A DNA stretch of 63,984 bases, counting the filler. It is 5 parts of 5 records of this genome, joined end to end, with 100 filler letters (N's around TTAATTAATTAA, not from the genome) between each part and the next. Parts side by side here need not be neighbours in the genome. Positions count along the whole stretch, not along the records: positions 1 to 14,484 come from DRR723986_5164; positions 14,585 to 22,621 come from DRR723986_5165; 3 more parts are not named here. One strand, 5' to 3'. The notes below the pieces were generated by a model. It had not been told where the DNA came from. It searched no databases and saw nothing but the letters and a program-made list of their open reading frames with translations. Positions within the stretch are counted from its first letter, which is position 1, and each line of letters begins with the position of its first letter. The translations under genes were made by a program, and so were the position numbers. Shown here in pieces: positions 9,203 through 18,892 of this stretch.

Positions 9203-10252
9203 TCAGTTGCCGAAGCCGGTAAAGCGGCGCACGGTCAGACCGTCTTCCAGCGCGTTCACCCCGGTTGTCACGATCTCATCTCCATCCGTTAGCCCCGACA
9301 GCACGACAAAGCCGCCATCGCGCGCCGGCACGATCTCGATCGCAACCAGTTCCACGGTGCCCAGCCCGTCTTGCCCGTCCACGAACCGAAGCACACCAAC
9401 TGAACCATCATTGCCGGTGTGAATGGCCGAGGCCGGGATGATCAGCGCCGGATGATCGGGCACCAGCCGGGCAAAGACCGTAGCGGATGACCCCGGCAGG
9501 ATCGACGTATTTTCGGGCCGGGGCATGGCCAGCGTCAGGCGAAAGGTCTGCCCCACGGCCGAGGCTTCGGCAACGAATTCGCGGATTGTCAGGGGGTGCG
9601 TTTCGCCACTGACCGGGAACTGCGCCCAGAGCTCTACATTCGGGTTCTGACCGGCCTGCTGGAACAGCACCTCCGGTACGTCTATCTCGATCCGCAGCTC
9701 CGACATGTCATGCAGGCGCACAACCGGGTTGCCCGCGCCGATGGTGGTGAAATTGGCGACATTGCGCGAGGCCACAAGCGCGTCGAACGGCGCTACCAGC
9801 GTCGCATGTTCCAGCGCGTATTCGGCGTTCTGCACCGCGATCCGGGCCAGCGCCACCTGCGTTTCGGCGTCATCCACGCTGACCTGAGACACCGAGCTGC
9901 CCTGAAGTTGCGTCAGCCGCGTCAGCGTCCGGTCCGCCTGATCCATCTGCACCCGCGCCTGATCCAGTTGCAGCTCGAACGTTTCCAGATCCAGCTGCGC
10001 AATCAGCGCCCCTTCGCGGATCTCCTGCCCGTCCAGAACCGGGAAATCAACGATCCGTCCGCCGACCTGAAACGCCAGATCCACCGTCTGCGCGGCGACG
10101 ACCTGCCCGAAGAACTGGCGCGTCACCCCGTCGGAGTTGTTGGTCACCGTCATCAGCCGAACGGGGCGGATCACCCCGGCGGACGTGTCCTGAGCCATGG
10201 TGGCGGGGGCGGCCATAACGGCCATCAGGGCGGCAAGAACTATGGCTTTCAT
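9203..10252 (-). CDS. RND membrane fusion (periplasmic adaptor) protein
   Basis: Signal peptide MKAIVLAALMAV.., LAFQVGG and APFDALV motifs. ATG at 10252 overlaps the marR stop (TGATG). Confidence 0.9.
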   Translation of the reverse strand: MKAIVLAALMAVMAAPATMAQDTSAGVIRPVRLMTVTNNSDGVTRQFFGQVVAAQTVDLAFQVGGRIVDFPVLDGQEIREGALIAQLDLETFELQLDQARVQMDQADRTLTRLTQLQGSSVSQVSVDDAETQVALARIAVQNAEYALEHATLVAPFDALVASRNVANFTTIGAGNPVVRLHDMSELRIEIDVPEVLFQQAGQNPNVELWAQFPVSGETHPLTIREFVAEASAVGQTFRLTLAMPRPENTSILPGSSATVFARLVPDHPALIIPASAIHTGNDGSVGVLRFVDGQDGLGTVELVAIEIVPARDGGFVVLSGLTDGDEIVTTGVNALEDGLTVRRFTGFGN

Positions 10253-10734
10253 CAAATCTCTCCTGCGCAAGCGGTGCTGCGATATGGGGCTTCGCTGACC
10301 TCGGCCAACAGCCGCGCCAGCGTGTCTATGTCATCGTCGGGAAGGCCGGTGGCCTCGGTGAAAATTGCGGCGGCACGGTCAGCCATCCAATGGCGCAGGC
10401 GCTGCCCGTCATCGGTCAGGAACAGCCGCCAGGCGCGCCGATCCTCTGGGTCGCGCTGCCGCCCGATCAGGCCCTTCGCCTCCAGCGAATCGGCCATCGC
10501 GGTGATCGAGGAGGGTACGGTCTGCAATTCCTGCGCCAGCGCCCCCATCCGCATCGGCTGCGACAGCACCACCACCAGATGCCGTTCCGGCTTGGTCAGG
10601 GGCGGGTCCGTGTTCACCTGCTCCATCTGTTCTTCGATCTTTCGGAACAGTGAATGCACCCCCAGGATCGCGCGGGTGCGCGGGCCAAGGTCCATCAGCG
10701 GGCCAGGGGTTGGAACGGGATCGTCAGCGGACAT
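10252..10734 (-). CDS. MarR-family transcriptional regulator
   Basis: Winged HTH with LEAKGLIGRQRDPEDRRAWRLFLT; first gene of the efflux operon. Confidence 0.9.
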   Translation of the reverse strand: MSADDPVPTPGPLMDLGPRTRAILGVHSLFRKIEEQMEQVNTDPPLTKPERHLVVVLSQPMRMGALAQELQTVPSSITAMADSLEAKGLIGRQRDPEDRRAWRLFLTDDGQRLRHWMADRAAAIFTEATGLPDDDIDTLARLLAEVSEAPYRSTACAGEI

Positions 10735-10765
10735 CTTGTGCCTTTCATGTTGCAGGCCAATTTAC

Positions 10766-10794
10766 TTCATATTATGAAACATTCAAGATTAGAA
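10766..10794. promoter_or_regulatory. Candidate MarR operator(s) between divergent marR and trx-nhaA
   Basis: Palindrome TTCATA-T-TATGAA (10766-10778) followed by the degenerate copy TTCAAGATTAGAA (10782-10794), in an AT-rich 80-bp intergenic region. Confidence 0.55.
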
Positions 10795-10814
10795 ATTTAC
10801 AGCGGGACCACCCG

Positions 10815-12626
10815 ATGACCGAAACCCTGACACCCGACATACACCCGTCCCGTGATATTCTGCTGACAGAAAGCGGCGGCAGGGCGCGGCTGGTGTGGTA
10901 TCTCGATTTCTCCTGCAAGCATACGCGCCGCATTCGCGACGTGCTGCAACGCTCTGCCGGGCGCTTCGGTCCGCAAAACGTGTCGATGGCGGTGCGCTTC
11001 CTGCCCGGCGGGGCCGAACATATCGGGGCCGAAATCGCCGCACGCGGGGCCATCGCTGCCGCCCATCAGGGCGCGTATGAGGATATGCACCGCGCCCTCT
11101 TCTCTCGTCCGCCGCGCTATACCGAGGCGCTGATTCTCTCGATTGCCGAGGTGCTGGACCTCGACCTGAACCGCCTGAAGGCCGATATGTGGTCCGAGGC
11201 GACAGACGCCCGACTGGCCGAGGATCGCATCGTTGCCCATAGCGCCGGCGTCCGCGATACGCCCGCACTGTTCATCGACGGCCGACTCTATGACGGGGCC
11301 TGGGATGAAACCTCGTTGACGGAAGAGGTGCAAAAACCCATCGGCGTGCAGATCCGCATTGCCAGCCTGGACTTCTTTCACTGGGCCGCCTCTGCCGGTC
11401 TGGTCCTGATCCTCGCGACGCTGCTGGCGCTGATCACTGTTAATCTGGGCCTGCACGACGCCTATGAACATTTGCGCGAATTGCCGATTGCCCTGTCCTT
11501 TGGCGAGACCATCTTTTCCCTGCCGCTGGAAATGTGGGTGAATGACGCGCTGATGGCGCTGTTTTTCCTGCTGGTGGGAATCGAGATCAAACGAGAGATC
11601 GTGAACGGCGAACTGTCCGACCCCGCCCGCGCCGCGCTGCCCATTATCGGGGCCATTGGCGGTATGGTCGTGCCCGCCCTGATCTATGCGGCGATCAACT
11701 GGGGGCAGCCCACCGTCCATGGCTGGGGTGTGCCGATGGCGACCGACATTGCCTTTACCCTTGGCATCCTCGCCCTCTTGGGCGACCGTGTGCCCACCTC
11801 GCTCAAGGTCTTCGTGTCGGCCCTTGCCATCGCCGATGACCTTGGCGCGATCCTTGTCATTGCGGTGTTCTACGGGCACGGGTTTCACATGCAGGACTTT
11901 GCCATCGCCGTGGCGATCTTTGCCGTGATGATGGCGCTCAACCGGGGCCGTATCTATTCCCGAACGCCCTACCTGATCCTCGGCGCGGCCCTGTGGTTCT
12001 TTATCCACGAAAGCGGCCTGCACGCGACCCTTGCGGGCGTGCTGACCGCCGCTGCCATCCCCTCGCGCCGATCGGCCAATATCAGGGGCGTCGCCGCCCA
12101 GACCGCCGCGCTTTTTGATGCCGAATTGCGCGATCCCGACACCCCCGTCGCCCACGGCACCCTGACCCGTCTTCAGCACGCCGTGGACCGCCTGCGCGAA
12201 CCCGGTTTCCACCTGCAAAACGCGCTGGAGCATTGGTCGAACTTTCTGATCCTGCCGCTCTTTGCCTTCTTCAATACCGGCATCCTGATCGTCGGCGCGC
12301 AGTTTTCCCTGTGGGAGCCAGAGGCGCTGGGCGTCATGGCCGGGCTGGTTCTCGGCAAACCGCTGGGTATCTTTGTGCTGGTCTTCCTCGCCGTCCGTCT
12401 TGGCCTTGCGCAGATGTCGTCGGAAATCAGCTGGATGCAGCTTCTGGGTGCGGGCAGCCTTGCGGGCGTCGGCTTCACCATGTCGATCTTCATCGGCAGC
12501 GCCGCGTTCGAGGGCGAACAGCTTGCCTCGGTCAAACTGGCCATTCTGATGGCCTCGCTGATTTCGGCGCTGCTTGGCTCGGCGATCCTGATCATTGCGG
12601 CCCGGCGCGGCGACAAACCCGGCTGA
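10815..12626 (+). CDS. nhaA: Na+/H+ antiporter NhaA with N-terminal thioredoxin/DsbA-like domain
   Basis: NhaA motifs WVNDALMALFFLLVGIEIKRE, PMATDIAF, LAIADDLGAI, GKPLG and GVGFTMSIFI. The N-terminal ~180 aa has DsbA-like YLDFSCKHT and GVRDTPALFIDG. Confidence 0.88.
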   Translation: MTETLTPDIHPSRDILLTESGGRARLVWYLDFSCKHTRRIRDVLQRSAGRFGPQNVSMAVRFLPGGAEHIGAEIAARGAIAAAHQGAYEDMHRALFSRPPRYTEALILSIAEVLDLDLNRLKADMWSEATDARLAEDRIVAHSAGVRDTPALFIDGRLYDGAWDETSLTEEVQKPIGVQIRIASLDFFHWAASAGLVLILATLLALITVNLGLHDAYEHLRELPIALSFGETIFSLPLEMWVNDALMALFFLLVGIEIKREIVNGELSDPARAALPIIGAIGGMVVPALIYAAINWGQPTVHGWGVPMATDIAFTLGILALLGDRVPTSLKVFVSALAIADDLGAILVIAVFYGHGFHMQDFAIAVAIFAVMMALNRGRIYSRTPYLILGAALWFFIHESGLHATLAGVLTAAAIPSRRSANIRGVAAQTAALFDAELRDPDTPVAHGTLTRLQHAVDRLREPGFHLQNALEHWSNFLILPLFAFFNTGILIVGAQFSLWEPEALGVMAGLVLGKPLGIFVLVFLAVRLGLAQMSSEISWMQLLGAGSLAGVGFTMSIFIGSAAFEGEQLASVKLAILMASLISALLGSAILIIAARRGDKPG

Positions 12627-12767
12627 CGCCACGGCCTGCCGTCGCGAAATACGGAAAACCAGTCGCATTTCTTCCCGGAAAATCGCCACCCACGGGGCAT
12701 TTTCGATCCACGGGGCCGGTTTTCCCGCTTTCCATTCATTCTCGCGCAACATCCAGGGGGCCGCCAG

Positions 12768-14453
12768 ATGCCAGCCAGCAGCCAAGCCGATTTCGTCATC
12801 ATCGGATCCGGGTCCGCCGGGTCGGCGATGGCCTACAGGCTGTCCGAGGATGGCAAGCACAGCGTTCTGGTGCTGGAATACGGCGGTTCCGACAAGGGCC
12901 CGTTCATCCAGATGCCTGCCGCGCTCAGCTATCCGATGAATATGGCGATGTATGACTGGGGCTTCAAAACCCAAGCAGAGCCGCATCTGGGGGGCCGCAG
13001 CCTCGTCTGCCCGCGTGGCAAGGTCATCGGAGGCTCGTCCTCGATCAACGGCATGGTCTATGTGCGCGGCCATGCGCGCGACTACGATCACTGGAACGAT
13101 ACAGGCGCAACGGGCTGGTCCTATGCCGATGTGCTGCCCTATTTCCAGCGGATGGAAAACTGGCACGATGGCGGCCATGGCGGCGATCCCTCCTGGCGCG
13201 GCACCAGCGGCCCCCTTCACATCACCCGCGGCCCCCGCACCAACCCGCTCTTTCAGGCCTTTGTCGAGGCCGGGCAGCAGGCGGGCTATGAATTGACCGA
13301 CGACTACAACGGCGAAAAGCAGGAAGGCTTCGGCCCGATGGAACAGACCGTCTGGCAGGGCCAGCGCTGGTCGGCGGCCAATGCCTATCTGAAACCCGCG
13401 CTGAAGCGCCCGAACTGCACCCTCATGCGCTGCTATGTGCGCCGGGTGATCATCGAGGAGGGCCGCGCAACGGGTGTCGAGATTGACCGGGGTGGCAAGA
13501 TCGAGGTGGTGAAGGCAAACCGAGAGGTCATCGTCGCGGCCTCGGCCATCAACTCGCCCAAGATCCTGATGCTGTCCGGCATCGGCCCCGCCGCGCATCT
13601 GGCCGACCACGGGATCGACGTGATCGCCGACCGTCCCGGCGTCGGCCAGAACCTGCAAGACCACCTGGAGCTTTATATCCAGCAGGCCTGCACCCAGCCC
13701 ATCACGCTCTACAAATACTGGAACCTGATCAGCAAGGGCATCATCGGCACCCAGTGGCTGGCAACGCATACCGGTCTCGGCTCATCCAACCAGTTCGAAA
13801 GCGCCGCCTTCCTGCGTTCTCGCCCCGGCGTCGATTACCCCGATATCCAGTATCACTTCCTGCCCATGGCGGTGCGCTATGACGGCACCGCCCCGTCAGA
13901 GGGGCACGGGTTCCAGGCCCATGTCGGCCCCATGCGGTCAAAATCGCGGGGCGCCATCACGCTGACCTCTGCCGATCCGAACGTCGCGCCAAATATCTTC
14001 TTCAACTACATGTCCGACCCCGATGACTGGTCCGATTTCCGCCATTGCATCCGCCTGACCCGCGAAATCTTTGCCCAACCCGCCTTTGACGACTATCGCG
14101 GCAAGGAAATCCAGCCCGGCGCTGACGTGCAAACGGATGACGAGCTTGACGACTTCATCCGCGAAGAGGCCGAAAGCGCATATCACCCCTGCGGCACCTG
14201 CAAGATGGGCGCGGCGGACGATTCCATGTCGGTCGTTGATCCAGAATGCCGCGTGATCGGGGTGGATGGTCTGCGCGTCGCCGACAGTTCGATTTTCCCG
14301 CGCATCACCAACGGCAACCTCAACGGCCCTTCGATCATGACCGGCGAAAAAGCGTCCGACCATATCCTCGGCAACGGCATGTTGCCCCGGTCGAACCTGG
14401 AACCGTGGGTTCACCCCAACTGGAAGACCAGCGTCAAGGCCGTGGCCCGCTAA
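12768..14453 (+). CDS. betA: Choline dehydrogenase (GMC oxidoreductase)
   Basis: GSGSAG FAD motif, [40 protein letters not shown] and [12 protein letters not shown]. Confidence 0.93.
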   Translation: MPASSQADFVIIGSGSAGSAMAYRLSEDGKHSVLVLEYGGSDKGPFIQMPAALSYPMNMAMYDWGFKTQAEPHLGGRSLVCPRGKVIGGSSSINGMVYVRGHARDYDHWNDTGATGWSYADVLPYFQRMENWHDGGHGGDPSWRGTSGPLHITRGPRTNPLFQAFVEAGQQAGYELTDDYNGEKQEGFGPMEQTVWQGQRWSAANAYLKPALKRPNCTLMRCYVRRVIIEEGRATGVEIDRGGKIEVVKANREVIVAASAINSPKILMLSGIGPAAHLADHGIDVIADRPGVGQNLQDHLELYIQQACTQPITLYKYWNLISKGIIGTQWLATHTGLGSSNQFESAAFLRSRPGVDYPDIQYHFLPMAVRYDGTAPSEGHGFQAHVGPMRSKSRGAITLTSADPNVAPNIFFNYMSDPDDWSDFRHCIRLTREIFAQPAFDDYRGKEIQPGADVQTDDELDDFIREEAESAYHPCGTCKMGAADDSMSVVDPECRVIGVDGLRVADSSIFPRITNGNLNGPSIMTGEKASDHILGNGMLPRSNLEPWVHPNWKTSVKAVAR

Positions 14454-14484
14454 GGCAGCCCGGTTCATTCATCTTGGCAAAAAT

Positions 14485-14584
14485 NNNNNNNNNNNNNNNN
14501 NNNNNNNNNNNNNNNNNNNNNNNNNNNNTTAATTAATTAANNNNNNNNNNNNNNNNNNNNNNNNNNNNNNNNNNNNNNNNNNNN
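14485..14584. other. Artificial contig spacer
   Basis: 44 N + TTAATTAATTAA (stops in all frames) + 44 N. Confidence 0.99.
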
Positions 14585-15937
14585 TTCTACAGCGCGCGTT
14601 TCCCCGCGCCAATGACTTTCGTCATCTACCCAGTCTTTGCGCTGCGCGACATACGTCCATGTGCGGATAAAAGCCAGCCGTTTCGACAATGCATCAATAT
14701 CACCATCGGTGCGGTCGATCCGTTTTACCGCGCGCGCCATCCAATCATTGGGCACGCGGCCGCGCTGGTGCAAAAACCCATAGATGGCCTGCAACAAACT
14801 GGCGTGTTCGGCCTGGCTGATCCCGCGGAAATCCGGCACGCGGCAGACATCCCACAGCAGCCGCACCGCCGCCACGCTGCTGGCGCGCGCGCGCACCTCG
14901 TCGATTTGCACCAGCGATTTCAGCGCAAGCAGATCGTCGCTATCGCGGGTGCGCACCAGCAATTCGTCTTTTGGCTGCATCTCTAATGCGTTTATCAGCG
15001 CCTCGGGCGAGGCGAAATTCAGATCAGGGTTGCGCCATTGCAGCTTGCGCAGCGGGGTAAAGCGGTGGTCTTGAATGGCGCTGGCCACCTCGTCATCCAG
15101 CGGGCCTGCCTCGCCGGTGACGCCAAAAGTGCCATCTGACATGCCACGCCCGGCGCGGCCTGCGATTTGCGCCAATTCATTGGGGGCCAATTGGCGCATA
15201 CGCCGGCCATCGAATTTGGTCAGGGCCGAAAAGGCCACATGGTTGATATCCAAATTCAGCCCCATGCCAATGGCATCGGTGGCCACCAGGTAATCAACCT
15301 CGCCATTTTGATAAAGCGCCACCTGTGCGTTGCGGGTGCGGGGGCTGAGCGCGCCCATCACCACCGCGGCACCGCCCTTTTGGCGGCGCAGCAGCTCGGC
15401 GATGGCATATACATTATCAACCGAAAAACCAACAATTGCGCTGCGGGGCTGCATGCGGCTTATCTTTTTCGAACCTGTGTACACCAATTGCGACATGCGC
15501 TCGCGGCGGACGAACTGCGCCTGCGGCACCAGTTCGGCAATGGTGGGGCGCATGGTGTCAGAGCCCAGAAAAACCGTTTCTAGCAGGCCACGGGCGCGCA
15601 GCAGGCGGTCGGTGAAAACATGGCCGCGCTCGGGGTCGGCGCAGAGCTGAATTTCATCGATGGCCAGAAAATCGCAGCCCATCCCCTCGGGCATGGCCTC
15701 GACCGTGCATACCCAATAGGCCGCGCGATCGGGCACGATACGCTCTTCGCCCGTCACCAGCGCCACCACCGACGGGCCGCGCAGCGCCACGATCTTGTCA
15801 TACACCTCGCGCGCCAGCAGGCGCAGCGGCAAGCCAATGACGCCGGTGCGATGTGCCAGCATCCGCTCGATTGCATAATGGGTCTTGCCGGTGTTGGTTG
15901 GCCCAAGGACCGCCGTTATCCGCGCATTCTGGGCCAT
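14585..15937 (-). CDS. Suv3-like SF2 helicase, 3'-truncated at contig end
   Basis: Walker A GPTNTGKT, DEIQ, ATDAIGMGLNL and QIAGRAGR. Confidence 0.9.
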
Positions 15938-15950
15938 TTTGCCCCCCGGG

Positions 15951-16523
15951 TCAGAGTTTGCGGCCCATCACCTGGTCATGCAACCGGGCGCGGGCGGCCT
16001 GGGCCTCGTCGTAATGCGGGTATATCTTAAGGACAAGCACATAGGTCTCGAATGCCAGCTTTGGCCGCCCCACCTCTTCCAAAAGCACGGCCAGGCCATA
16101 AAGCGCATCGAAATGCGATGGGTTCAGATGCAGGGCCTGTTCCAGATCGGCCAGGGCGGGCCCAACCAGCCCGGCCGTGGCATAGGCCTGCGCGCGGGTA
16201 TGATAACCTTCGGCAAAATCGGGCGCGTGATCTAGCGCCGCGGTCAGATGCTCGATCGCGGCATCGGTTTCGCCGCGTTCCAGCGCATCCCTGCCGCGTT
16301 TAAGCAGCAAATCAATCGTATCCGAGCCGCTTTGCGCCCAACGCATGCGAATATCGCGCGCCACGGTGGCCGAATCGGTAGGCCCGGCCTCGCGCAGCTG
16401 CCCCATCAAAGCGCCCATATCGGGGGTGGTATTGGCCGCCCACAGGCCAGAGGCGGCGAAAAGCGCGCAAAACAGACACGCTGCCGTCACGGTATGTTTG
16501 AGATTGGGTGCAACTCTGGCCAT
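15951..16523 (-). CDS. Exported TPR-repeat protein
   Basis: Signal peptide; TPR repeats (PDFAEGYHTRA, NPSHFDALYGLA). Confidence 0.85.
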   Translation of the reverse strand: MARVAPNLKHTVTAACLFCALFAASGLWAANTTPDMGALMGQLREAGPTDSATVARDIRMRWAQSGSDTIDLLLKRGRDALERGETDAAIEHLTAALDHAPDFAEGYHTRAQAYATAGLVGPALADLEQALHLNPSHFDALYGLAVLLEEVGRPKLAFETYVLVLKIYPHYDEAQAARARLHDQVMGRKL

Positions 16524-16607
16524 AGTGCAAGTGTAACGTGCGTTTGGGGCAAAACCAGACCCCAGTGCTAAATTTTCAGGAAACCCTGATCAACAAAGGA
16601 TGATCGC

Positions 16608-16898
16608 ATGAGCGATATTATTACCGCAGCCGTGGCCGCATTAAGCGAAAAACTGGGGGATGGCGCCTTTGACGGGGCGGCAAAATTTGTGATCGAAGGC
16701 GAAGGCGCCGTGATGGTTGATGCATCGGGCGTGCGCGCCGCGGACGAGCCTGCCGATGTCACCCTGACCGCCAGCGCCGACACATTCCAAGATATGATGA
16801 GCGGCGATCTAAACCCCACATCGGCCTTTATGTCGGGCAAGCTGACGGTTGATGGCGATATGGGCATGGCCATGCAATTGGGCGGCCTGCTGGCATGA
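16608..16898 (+). CDS. SCP2 sterol/lipid-binding domain protein
   Basis: 96 aa with NPTSAFMSGKLTVDGDMGMAMQL; RBS AAGGA. Confidence 0.9.
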   Translation: MSDIITAAVAALSEKLGDGAFDGAAKFVIEGEGAVMVDASGVRAADEPADVTLTASADTFQDMMSGDLNPTSAFMSGKLTVDGDMGMAMQLGGLLA

Positions 16899-17842
16899 GC
16901 CTGCAAAGCGCCCCGTTTTATGGCGATGCCGCCCAAGGCCCGGCAGATGGCCGCGCCTATTGGCTTACCGCCCAAGACGGGGTGCGCCTGCGCGTGGCGC
17001 TTTGGAACCCATCGGGCGCACAGGGCACGGTGTTGCTGTTTCCAGGGCGCACTGAATATGCCGAAAAATATGGCCGCGCCGCCACCGATTTTGCGCAGCG
17101 CGGCTATTGCACCCTGGCCATAGATTGGCGCGGCCAAGGGCTGGCTGATCGGTTGTTGGCCGACGCCATGCTGGGCCATGTGGGCCGCTTTGCCGATTAC
17201 CAGCTCGATGTTTTGGCCATGACCCGGGCCGCAGAGGCGCTGGGCCTGCCGCGCCCTTATTATCTGGTGGCCCATTCCATGGGCGGCTGCATTGGCCTGC
17301 GCGCTTTGCATAAGGGGCTGGGTGTGCAGGCCGCTGCGTTTTCAGCGCCGATGTGGGGTATTGAAATGCCCGCGGCCCAGCGCATGGCGGCATGGGCTAT
17401 TGGCTGGGTTGCCACCCAATTGGGCCAGGCAAACAGGCTGGCCCCCGGCACGAAACGCAGCGCCTATGTGGCAACAGAGGCATTTGAAAACAACACCTTA
17501 ACAACCGATGTTGAGATGTTTGATTATATGCGCCAGCATCTTGCACAGGTGGCGGGCTTTGCCCTGGGGGGGCCCACGGTGCATTGGGTCTATGCGGCCT
17601 TGGCCGAAATGGCCGCGCTGGCACGCCTGCCCGCCCCCCCGATGCCCTGCATCACCTTTTTGGGCACGAACGAGCGTATCGTCGCCAGTGCCGCCATTCA
17701 CCGCCAGATGGGGGCATGGCCCGGCGGCCAGCTGGTGATGCTGCCAAAGGCCGAACATGAGGTGATGATGGAGCAGCCACATCTGCGCGGGCAAGTGTTT
17801 GACCAAACCGCCGCGCTTTTTGCCGCAAATCACCCCCGCTAA
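16895..17842 (+). CDS. Lysophospholipase-like alpha/beta hydrolase (PldB family)
   Basis: PGRTEYAEKY, DWRGQG, nucleophile AHSMGG and catalytic AEHE; ATGA overlap with SCP2. Confidence 0.85.
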   Translation: MSLQSAPFYGDAAQGPADGRAYWLTAQDGVRLRVALWNPSGAQGTVLLFPGRTEYAEKYGRAATDFAQRGYCTLAIDWRGQGLADRLLADAMLGHVGRFADYQLDVLAMTRAAEALGLPRPYYLVAHSMGGCIGLRALHKGLGVQAAAFSAPMWGIEMPAAQRMAAWAIGWVATQLGQANRLAPGTKRSAYVATEAFENNTLTTDVEMFDYMRQHLAQVAGFALGGPTVHWVYAALAEMAALARLPAPPMPCITFLGTNERIVASAAIHRQMGAWPGGQLVMLPKAEHEVMMEQPHLRGQVFDQTAALFAANHPR

Positions 17843-17878
17843 GCTGGCAAGTCAGGCCAGCGCGCCTAGGTTTGCACC

Positions 17879-18892
17879 ATGACTGGGTGCGGCGTTCTTA
17901 CCTTCACAGACAGGGGCATTTATTGCCCTGCGGGTGATTTTTATATCGACCCATGGCGCCCGGTGCCGCGGGCGCTGATCACGCACGCCCATTCAGATCA
18001 TGCCCGCTGGGGCCATGGGCAGTATCTGGCAACGCCCCGCAGCCTGGCCGTTATGCGCCACCGGCTTGGCGATATCTGCGCGCAAGCAACAGATTATGGC
18101 CAGGTTTTGCGCATTGGCGATGCCGAAGTCAGCTTTCACCCGGCAGGCCATGTGCCGGGGTCTGCGCAGATACGGGTTTGCGTGGCGGGGCAGGTTTGGG
18201 TGGCCTCGGGCGATTACAAAACCGAAAACGATGGGCTGTCTGAGCCCTTCGCGCCTCTGCCCTGCCACAGTTTCATCACGGAAAGCACCTTTGGCCTGCC
18301 GGTCTTTCGCTGGCAACCCCAGCCCCAGATAACCGAGCAGATTTTGCGCTGGTGGCAAGGCAACAGGGCGGCGGGGAAAACCTCGGTTTTGGGGGCTTAT
18401 GCCTTGGGCAAGGCGCAACGGCTGTTGCATATGCTGGCCGATGGGCCGGGGCCCATTTTGTGCCACGCAGCGGTGGAAAACACCAACGCCAGCTTGCGCG
18501 CCACGGGGGTTGCGCTGCCCCAGACCGATGTCTTGACGCCAGAGTGCAGCGCAAAAACCCACCCCGGCGCGCTGATCATTGCGCCCCCCGGCGCGATCGA
18601 GGCCAGCTGGACGCGCCGCTTTGGCCCCACCGAGGTGGCGCTTGCCAGCGGCTGGATGGGGCTGCGCGGCATTCGCAGGCGCCGCGCCATGGCAAACGGC
18701 TTTGTTATTTCAGATCATGCCGATTGGCCCGGCCTGTTGCAGGCCGCAAAGGAAACTGGTGCAGAAAATATATATGTTACGCATGGTTACACCGATATCT
18801 TCACGCGATACTTGAATGAAAACGGCCATAGCGCCCAGGTTGTGCCAACCGAATTTGGCACCGATGATGACGACAGCACAGGCCCGGCATGA
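17879..18892 (+). CDS. Ligase-associated DNA damage response exonuclease (MBL/beta-CASP fold)
   Basis: YIDPWRPV, THAHSDH, AGHVPGS, TESTFG, SDHADW and THG motifs; coupled to the ligase. Confidence 0.9.
   Translation: MTGCGVLTFTDRGIYCPAGDFYIDPWRPVPRALITHAHSDHARWGHGQYLATPRSLAVMRHRLGDICAQATDYGQVLRIGDAEVSFHPAGHVPGSAQIRVCVAGQVWVASGDYKTENDGLSEPFAPLPCHSFITESTFGLPVFRWQPQPQITEQILRWWQGNRAAGKTSVLGAYALGKAQRLLHMLADGPGPILCHAAVENTNASLRATGVALPQTDVLTPECSAKTHPGALIIAPPGAIEASWTRRFGPTEVALASGWMGLRGIRRRRAMANGFVISDHADWPGLLQAAKETGAENIYVTHGYTDIFTRYLNENGHSAQVVPTEFGTDDDDSTGPA

Noticed and set aside
12650..12730. Direct repeat CCACGGGGC x2 and GGAAAACC/GGTTTTCC inverted pair upstream of betA
   Set aside because: Short GC-rich matches that could be chance; not a BetI-type operator, and no betI is on the contig.
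10797..13769. 990-aa minus-strand ORF
   Set aside because: Antisense shadow of nhaA and betA caused by high-GC codon bias; no recognisable motifs.
14529..14540. TTAATTAATTAA repeated four times in the window
   Set aside because: Synthetic all-frame stop linker inside N runs, not a biological repeat or CtrA site.
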